From assembly GCF_006345805.1 (NCBI RefSeq), contig NC_043015.1:34596001-34660000 (forward strand): a stretch of DNA of 64,000 nucleotides, in the 5' to 3' direction. The position numbers and the translations under genes were made by a program. Within the stretch, counting starts at the first letter, position 1. Each line of letters begins with the position of its first letter. The notes beneath the pieces are model-generated. The model worked only from the letters and a program-made list of their open reading frames with translations. It had not been told where the DNA came from and ran no database searches. This DNA is from Octopus sinensis (taxonomy: Eukaryota). Below are positions 55,930 through 64,000 of this stretch, piece after piece.

Positions 55930-57080
55930 AGTGATTAGAGCAGCTGAAATCAAGCAGACTACTGACAAGATGAAAAGTGGAAAAACGATAGGAAATGACA
56001 ACGTCACGTTTGAACTTGTAAATGCTATGGGGAGTTTTGGAGTAGAAAAATTAACAGAGATAGCAAACCATGTTTACAACTCGGGGGATGTTCCTGAAGA
56101 AATGCTGGAATCAATCTTTGCCTTACCTAAAAAGTCTGGAACAACTGAGTGCAAAAATCACAGAATGAGTCATGTGGCAAAGATTATTTTGAGAGTGGAG
56201 TTGAATCGAATGAAAGGTACTATTAGGGGAAACCTATCAGATGAACAGTTCAGTTATCGAACAGGAAAGGGGACGAGAAATGCAATTCTGTGCTTGAGGA
56301 CGTTGGTGGAAGTGTATAGGGAAACAAAAAGACTTGTACATCTGTTTTATTGACTTATTTGAAGACGTTTGACTGTGTCAAGCATGAAGAGTTGGTTAGA
56401 AGAGCTGGAGATTGATGGGAAAGATCTAAGAATGATTCAAAATTTGTATTGGGACCAGAAAGCAGCCATCAGACATGCATGGAGAATTGGGCGACTGGAT
56501 TGACATTCAGAAAGGTGTCTGGCAGGGTTGTATTTTGTCACCTGATTCATTCAACTTGTATAGTGAGAAAGCTCTACACAAGATCAAGACAATTTCAGGG
56601 AAAGGAATTATAAGAACCTGAGGTACGAAGATGATACGGCTTTGTTTGCAGACACAGAAGAGAAGCTTCAGGGATTGATTACGACTGAGGAGAGTGGAAA
56701 GATTGGATTGGCGATTAACTGCCAGAAAACCTTCTCAATGGACTATACCAAGAAAGCACTGGTACCCGCATGTCGCTTGGCGGTGAATGGAACTGGGATA
56801 GAGCAGAAGGATAGTTTCATAGATCTGGGAAGTTGAATAACATCAGATGGAAGGTCAGATAAGGACATCAAGTGCAGAACTGGATTAGCAAAGAAGACTT
56901 TTATGGATATGAGGAGCATTTTTTGTGCAAAGAGAATTGGAATGGAAGTCAAGAAAAGACTATTGAAGTGCTGGTCGGCGCTTAGCATATAGATGTGAGT
57001 CTTGGACGATAAGCAAAGTCATGGAGAAGAGACTCAAAGCTGCAGAAATGTGGTTTTATAGAAAAATGCATAGAATCTGA
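55930..57080 (+). mobile_element. Decayed RTE-clade LINE (RT region)
   Basis: EQFSYRTGKGTRNAILCLR, LYWDQKAAI, KGVWQGCILSPDSFNLYSE, LRYEDDTALFA and EMWFYRKM, with many frameshifts. Confidence 0.82.
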
Positions 57081-58689
57081 TGTTACAAGAGGCAGAAGTA
57101 AATGGAGGAGGAACAAGCCATGATTTATCAAAGGCATGAATATACCATGAAACAAGGGAGAGAGAGAAGTTTAGTTCAAAGGAAATAACTGATTAGTTTG
57201 TTAATGGGGTTAATTCCATTGTGAAATGGATTAATTGAACTTAATTAAAGCATTAGTAGAGCATGGACCAAAAAATGGAAAAGGGCTAGTATTGAGAAAT
57301 AAAGGTAAAAATTGAGTGATTAGTTATATCTTGTAGGGAAGATAAAGTGGTAAAGGTTTTGTAAGGGCAGGTGTGGCGATGTAGTGCAAGATAATATGCA
57401 GATCTGAAAAACCTCATCATAACTGTACTAAATGTCTCATACTGCACTGAAGTATTATACCTAAAATATATCTGGGGTAGCTATGTCCAAGAAATATAAA
57501 TATTTGTAAGGAAATCCAAATGGTTATATATGATGAACATGATATTTTTATATATATTTAATATTTTTAATGTAATTAATGTGGATGTATAGCAGTGAGT
57601 GAAACAGTAAAGAAGATTTGGATATGTACATATTGTCTGGCACTTTTATCTTCCTAAAAAATTCGAATGAATAAATTGGACAAGAGACAAGATATAGTTT
57701 CAGAGTCGAAAATGAAAAAGGAATAATAAAGACACTTCATCAATTATCTCCCTTCCACCTGTGAATTTTACTTTACTTTTTTCCTCAAGGTGCTTTAATA
57801 CAGCAAACTGGAAACCAGTCCTGTCTTCAGTATTTAATGGTAGATTTTCAGGTTTAAAGCTAACCATTTTGAAACATTAACAAAAAAATTGATCGATCGA
57901 AAGATAAGATTTATTTATTCATAGGAGTTATATACCCTCCCTGACAACGTAGAACAATCGCTTCATAGTAATCGAGATGAACCCTGAATGAGGAGGGGAG
58001 ATCATTTCACGAGTTTTCCAAAACTTATCTCCCAAACTGTGAGAGAATGTTTCTGCCTTAATGTAGTTACCTTATCTCTGACAGAAATGACACATTTATT
58101 GCCTAATTTATAAAAATGAAACAAAAATGAGCCAAGTGAAATAACTCAGGGACCAGTGACGTATATTTGAAGGATATGAAAAACTTCCTTTGAAGCAATT
58201 GGCAAGAAGCGGGAGGTGACAGAGACATATGAGATAGAAGACAACTGGAAGTTTTCCCAGAACAACTTACTGAAGGCCACAAATGAAATCTGTGGTTGGT
58301 GCAAAGTTTAAGCCAGATCAAAAGTGATGTGGAAGAGGGAAGTGCATTGAGGGCAGACTTGAAACATAAGATAATATAGTATCTTATTAATTAATACATT
58401 ATAATATTAAGTGTACCATATATGGTCAAAACATAACCAGACGACTTCATATAAAATTAGCCTTTTGTAAATAGAAAATAACCTTTTTAAAAGTCGATCA
58501 TGACTGACCAGATATAGCCTGGCCTTTGGAAACACCCAGTCAGAAAATAAAAAGTCTTTGGATAAAGGAAAACAGAATGGAGAGATTGAGGAGTCTATGA
58601 CATGCATATGAAAGTTGTTCCTAAGGGGAACATTTGTTCTCAGTCACCTGGATTACTGCTCCCAATTATGGTCGCCACAGAGTATCAAT

Positions 58690-60080
58690 GGGTGGATGTG
58701 GATGAGATGCAATTTGGTTTTATGCCAGGAAGAGGGACAATAGATGCAGTGTTCATTGTAAGGAGGTTGCAAGAGGAATACCGAAATAAAAAGAAGGGGC
58801 TGTACATGTGCTTCGTCGATCTGGAGAAGGCATTTGATAGGGTTCCAAGGAAGGTGACTGAGTGGGCATTCAGGAAGAGAAGTGTACTAGAGGTAATAGT
58901 GAGAGAAGTGATGTATGAGGAGGGGGTGAGAATTGGATTAGAGCTGTCAGATGAGTTTGCAGTGAAAGTTGGTGTGCACCAGGGATCTATGTTGCCACCA
59001 TTGTCGTTTGCAATTGTGGTTGATGTGGTGACGGAGAGTGTAAGAGAGGGACTGCTAATGGAGATACTGGGTGCAGATGACCTTTTGCTGATGAGTGAGA
59101 TGATGGAGGGATGGAGGGAGAAGTTTTGGAAATGGAAGGAGGCATTTGAAAGCAAGGGTTTGAAGGTAAACCTCAGGAAGGCAAAGGTGATGGTGAGTGG
59201 GGTGGAAGGAGAAGTGTTAGTGAGTAAGGTGGATCCATGTGGTGTATGTGGGAGGAGGGTAATGGCAAATGCAGTGTTTGTGTACGAGATGTGAGAAATG
59301 GATTCGTGGTAGATGTAGGAAAATGAAGAAGGTGAGCCCAAGACAGGTGAGAGAGTTTGGTTTGTGGAAGATGTGAGAAACGAGCTGGAGGTCTGGCAGA
59401 ACCAGTGGAAATGCTATGTGACGAGGTGGAAACGGTAAGAGAGTTTTGTTATTTGGGAGATAGGGTGGATGTGAAGCAGCTGTGACAGCAAGAGGGAGAC
59501 TTGGCTGAGTGAAGTTCCGGGAATGTGGAGCATTGTTATATGGGAAAAGGTTCTGGTTGAAGATGAAAGGAAGGGTCTGTAGGAGTTGTGTGAGAGCAGC
59601 AGTGCTGTATGGGAGTGAGACATGGTGTCTGAGGGAGAGAGAGAGAGAGAGAGATGGCAATTTTGAGAAGGACTGAGAGAGAGCAATGGTGAGAAAAATG
59701 TGTGGTGTGAGGCTGTTTGATAAGAGGAGGACTGAGGACTTGATGGGGATGCTGAGGTTGGAAGAATCAGTGGAACGGCTGGTAAGGGCAAATGGAGTGC
59801 AGTGTTATGGGAATGTGTTGAGGAGGGATGAGGAGCATGTATTGAAGAGGGTGCAAGAGTTTGAGGTAAATGGACAGCAAAAACGGGGCAGACCAAGGAA
59901 AAGGTGGAGGGGACAGGTGGAGGAGGAAGAGATTGGGAGGGTTGACTTGAGAAGGGAGGATGCCCAAAACTGGGGAAGAGGGTGAGTTAGTGTGAAGGCA
60001 GTTGCTATGGCACTGAGGTAGATCCAGCCACCCCTGTTAACGGGCAAAACCCAGATTCAAAATGATAGATGATGAATGAG
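58690..60080 (+). mobile_element. RTE-clade LINE 3' portion (different family), with a (GAT)-like tail
   Basis: DEMQFGFMPGRGTIDAVF, FVDLEKAFDRVPR, VGVHQGS, GADDLL, GLKVN, LYGSETW and KRGRPRKRW. Confidence 0.88.
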
Positions 60081-60449
60081 GAGGTTTCTGTTGAGCTCAA
60101 TTTGGCTACTATTCTTAGCAAGTCAGAGGTTGGCTCACTACATTAATTGCTCATCAGTGATAGTCAAACTTTTGCTTTCGTTTGCCCAAGAGTTATCTTC
60201 CTCGTCTATGAAACTATAAGTTATTACCCTTAGTTTAGATTTATTTACTCTGTTATTCCATCGGAATCATCATTGATTCCCATGGTTGCATGGAGTTTAT
60301 TGAAGCGAATTTTCTATGAGCAGATACTCTTCCTGTCCCCAACCCTCACATGCTCTCAGAATATTGGAAATGCATGGCAGTGACATGCATTTGCAACTAC
60401 TGTGTGATGTCAAAGCAAAGAGATGCAGAGACACACACACACACACAAC

Positions 60450-60560
60450 ATGCTGCTTCTTTCAGTTTCCATCAACCAAATCCACTCACAAGATGCTTGA
60501 GATGCCACACAATGGGACTAAATCCAGAACCATGCAGTTGGGAAGCAACTCCACAGCCTC
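60450..60560 (-). mobile_element. SINE family A, degraded
   Basis: cttctttcagtttccatcaaccaaatccactcacaag...atgccacacaatgggactaaatccagaaccatg. Confidence 0.65.
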
Positions 60561-61279
60561 TGCCTATCTCAACTATGCAGCTCTGCCTCTGCACGAATGA
60601 TCTTGAGAAACTGCTTTGAGATAAGCAAACAGCAATGGTGACTCGAGTGGTAACGGAAATATTCTAGAACGTGCATTATAAAGTAAAATAGTGGACACTA
60701 GACCACTAACCAAGCAAAATATTGATAACTACCCAGAGAAACATAACTTAATCATAAAGCTGCTTAATCAAGAAAATATTTTTTAAGTTATAAGACTGAT
60801 CAGAATATTTCGTTTCCATTTAGGATGAAGTAAGAACATTTCCTGATTTATTTATTGAAGACTCACTGATACTCTCTTGTTAGCAACACAACTATAGAAG
60901 CTCTTAAGTGAAGGTCATGGCAGTAAGTATTTGCAGTGTGGCAATCTATAACAGAACTTGATGTAGCTGGATGGCTTGCAAGACATGTACAGATGATATC
61001 AGCCAGGTGAGAGTTAGTAATGATCTCAGTGGGGAATTTAGAGTGCAGGTGAGTTATCTATCAGGTATCACCTCTTTAGGCAATAATAGACTAGCTGGCT
61101 TAGAGGTAATTTCTGTAGATTTAGTGATAATTTTAAATGTAGACGCATGGATGAAAATCGTCCTCAAGTAAACTTAGCAAAGACAAAAATATGAAAGACA
61201 GGATTTACTGACATCTGGGAATTAACATCGCTTGAGATGCAGAAAAGGAATTCTGTAGGATGAACTTACCTTAGATTGT

Positions 61280-61676
61280 AGGGCGACCTGCTGCTGCTGT
61301 GCTTGAGGACCTATTGAGTCAAGTACACGACCATAAAAAAATCAAATGGAAATTGTAGTTGTGATACCTGTGCCAGTGGCACGTAAAAAGCACCATCTGT
61401 ATGTGGCCGATGCCAGTGCCACCTTGACTAGCTTCCGTGCCGATGGCACGTAGAAAGCACCATCTGATCATGGCCGTTGCCAGCCTCCCCTGGCACATAA
61501 AAAGCACCCACTAGACTTACAGAGTGGTTGGCATTAGGAAGGGCATCCAGCTGTAGAAACACTACCAGATCAGACTGGAGCCTGATGCAGCCTCCTGGCT
61601 TCCCAGACCCCAGTTGAACCGTCCAACCTGTGCTAGCATAGAAAACGGACATTAAACGATGATGATGATGATGATG
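61280..61676 (+). mobile_element. SINE-like family D with internal tggcacgtaaaagcacc repeats and a (GAT)n tail
   Basis: gagtggttggcattaggaagggcatccagctgtagaaac...ccgtccaacctgtgctagcatagaaaacggacattaaacgatgatg. Confidence 0.78.
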
Positions 61677-63769
61677 TAGCTAATGTGTGCACAATACATG
61701 TTGCAGGTGAGATAGCAGGAAGGTTGTCAGAGAAGAAAAACTTTGTACATAGTTGTTATGCAGAAGTAGTTAGAAGTAACAATACCCATGAAATATTCCT
61801 TATAAGTTAAAAAGGCTTGTTACCTAGTTAACCTAATTAGTAGTGGAAGAGAGTGTTCCAGAAGTTAGTAACTTGAGTAAGAAAGGATGGGTAAAGTTTT
61901 AAATACTATTCAGCTAGTGACAAAGAGATTTTCAGAGTGAAGAACAAGGTTTACAAACCTGAATGTCTCAAGTGATCTGATGTACGTGCCAGGCTGTGCT
62001 TCTTTGATCGTGTGATGTGCACTGACAATGACAGTTGGATAAAGTAGTGCCAAGGGATCCAAGTAGAAGGAGCTTTTAGAAGAGCAAAGGTTAATCTCAA
62101 GATGCTGAACCTTACAAGAGATGAACAATGGTCCACAAGTGGTGAGATACTGTGAGAAGGAAAACATTTCCAACTCGTGTAAACATGAAAGAAATATGTA
62201 AATGATGAAAGAATTAGCCATCCATTGATGAATTCCTTGCATCTTACAAGCTTTAGAATTTTATAAGAAGCAAACTCTATCAGGATTCTACCAAGAGCAT
62301 TCAACTATGCAGATAAAAAAAAAAACAGAAGGAATGTTAAACCTAAACTTCAATTAAAAATAAAAGCCCTCAACAGAGTAATTTGTCTGTCATATTTTTA
62401 CAAAAAAACAATTCATGGAAATTTGATCATCAATACTTCAGGTCACTTCTTCTATCAAATACATACAAACTAACAAAGACAGACACTGGTTGTATGTAAA
62501 CTTGTACAAATAAGAGGCATATTTTTTTCCATTCTGTCAAGCCATTGCTGCACAAAAGCCTGGTTTATCTGAGCTGGTTTTAGGTCTTTTTGTTCTTATA
62601 TGAACCAGGAACCAAATTAACAAGGCCATGATACAAACAGTACGTAAATATTTACATCGCATTTTATTCTCACTTGATATATCTCTACTCCTAAAAGGAT
62701 TCAAAAACAGAGCCCCCAACACATTCAAACAGCAGCAAACTCAGACAAAACACTCTCACCACCCACTACAAATAAGTTGTTTGAATGAACAATAAGCGTT
62801 TTTGAAGATCTGAAACACTAAGAGACCCAGCTCAACTAACACAGAAATAAGACTTATTAGGGAGACAGCATCAATAAAAACTTACGTTAAATATTGCAGG
62901 GTCCAAGATAATATAAGCATGAGTGATCAGAGGAGCAAAATACAATCTACATTCAGAAATACTTTTAGACATTTTATGGTAAATTATGGAAAATTTATAT
63001 GAAAAAAGAAAAAAAATATGCAAAAAGTCAAGAATAAAAATTCATTCTACACATACCAAGAGAGATGATTGAGAATGAGGAGTTTAATTAGAGCAGCTGT
63101 CTTTATGTCCAAGTTTCATTAAACACACTAGTGTCTAAGATGGCATCCTGTAAAAGCAAGTGTAGCGACGATTATTGCAATTTTCAGTGATATATCTCTT
63201 CTCATGAATAACACATGCTGTCACACATTCTTGGATACAGAAACAGATACTTACACAAAGCAAAAGTACAGTGTTCAGGGTCAAAACACTATTCTGAATT
63301 CGAGTTTGATTCAATTGATCATACCCTTGAGGTTTTAATTCTAATTTGTGCAAATGTAAGAAGAAACCAAAATGAAATTATTAAAACAGTGAATAATATT
63401 TAGGTCAGTTAAATCAACTTTTACAGTTCATTTCAATTTTCTAAACTGTGTAGTTATACTAATTATACTAACATCAAATCTACTTAATAATAATAAAACT
63501 ATCTTAAATATATAATTATGGCCCCTTTGTCTATTAAATGTGGTAGTTCCATTGCAGAGAAATACTGCTGTGTAGGGACACCATTAGAAAAGAACTGTGC
63601 ACAAAAACTAGCTTCAGCTAGAAAAGAACTTTTTGTAGAATTATTTTGAAAAACTCAAACTGCAAAACACTACCACAAGGTACCATTTTCTCTCTTCATG
63701 TTCACAGAAAATACATTTAGAAATTCTATCGACAAACATTAACTTTGCACAATATCTCATCTGACTACC

Positions 63770-64000
63770 ACTACCATCACCACCTAACTAATATCTCATC
63801 AGTAAAGTATAACCACCATACTGTCTCACCTGTACAACAATACCACTTTACTAATACCTCACATGTACAGTATTCCAACATCAATATTTCACCAGGACAG
63901 TATCACAAATGCAATATCTCACCTGTACAGTACCCAAACACCAACAACTCACCTGTAGTATGCCCCAAGTCCAATATCTCACCTACAGAGTACCACAACC
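63770..64000. repeat. Degenerate ~30-bp minisatellite (CAATATCTCACCTGTACAGTAC...), running off the window end
   Basis: About seven recurrences of a tctcacctgta-like core. Confidence 0.75.

Noticed and set aside
58685-59896. Minus-strand ORFs of 147-218 aa
   Set aside because: They are antisense shadows of the purine-rich RTE LINE on the + strand.
62537-62728. Minus-strand 63-aa ORF with a hydrophobic segment, as a possible neighbouring gene
   Set aside because: No homology recognised and no clear splice sites.
63770-64000. CRISPR-like array
   Set aside because: Eukaryotic context, and the units are contiguous degenerate repeats with no conserved repeat plus unique spacer structure.

Overview
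This is AT-rich, repeat-dense eukaryotic genomic DNA. The SINE repertoire and the huge (TA/CATA)n arrays look like a coleoid cephalopod, most likely an octopus (inference). One protein-coding gene can be fully assembled on the + strand: a Popeye-domain (BVES/POPDC-family) cAMP-binding membrane protein with four phase-compatible GT-AG coding exons (20081-20664, 34593-34707, 35476-35770, 38192-38277; 1080 nt, 359 aa) ending in a class I PDZ-type motif (ETSV*). The rest is mobile DNA and simple repeats: about five SINE families, two CR1/L2-superclade LINE copies, RTE and R4/Dong-like LINE relics, a Helitron remnant, a Tc1/mariner relic and over 11 kb of TAYA satellite that produces all the long Y/I/H/T/M/V/C pseudo-ORFs. 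The most unusual items are RNA-structure features: (i) a type I hammerhead ribozyme motif with one core mutation in a (TA)n-flanked element; (ii) a 647-bp CpG-rich insert with a direct-plus-inverted terminal repeat architecture; (iii) three long foldback palindromes in or near the gene that could be ADAR substrates; (iv) a SINE and a LINE sharing a 3' end with a stem-loop. All calls come from manual reading; no database searches or folding programs were run.
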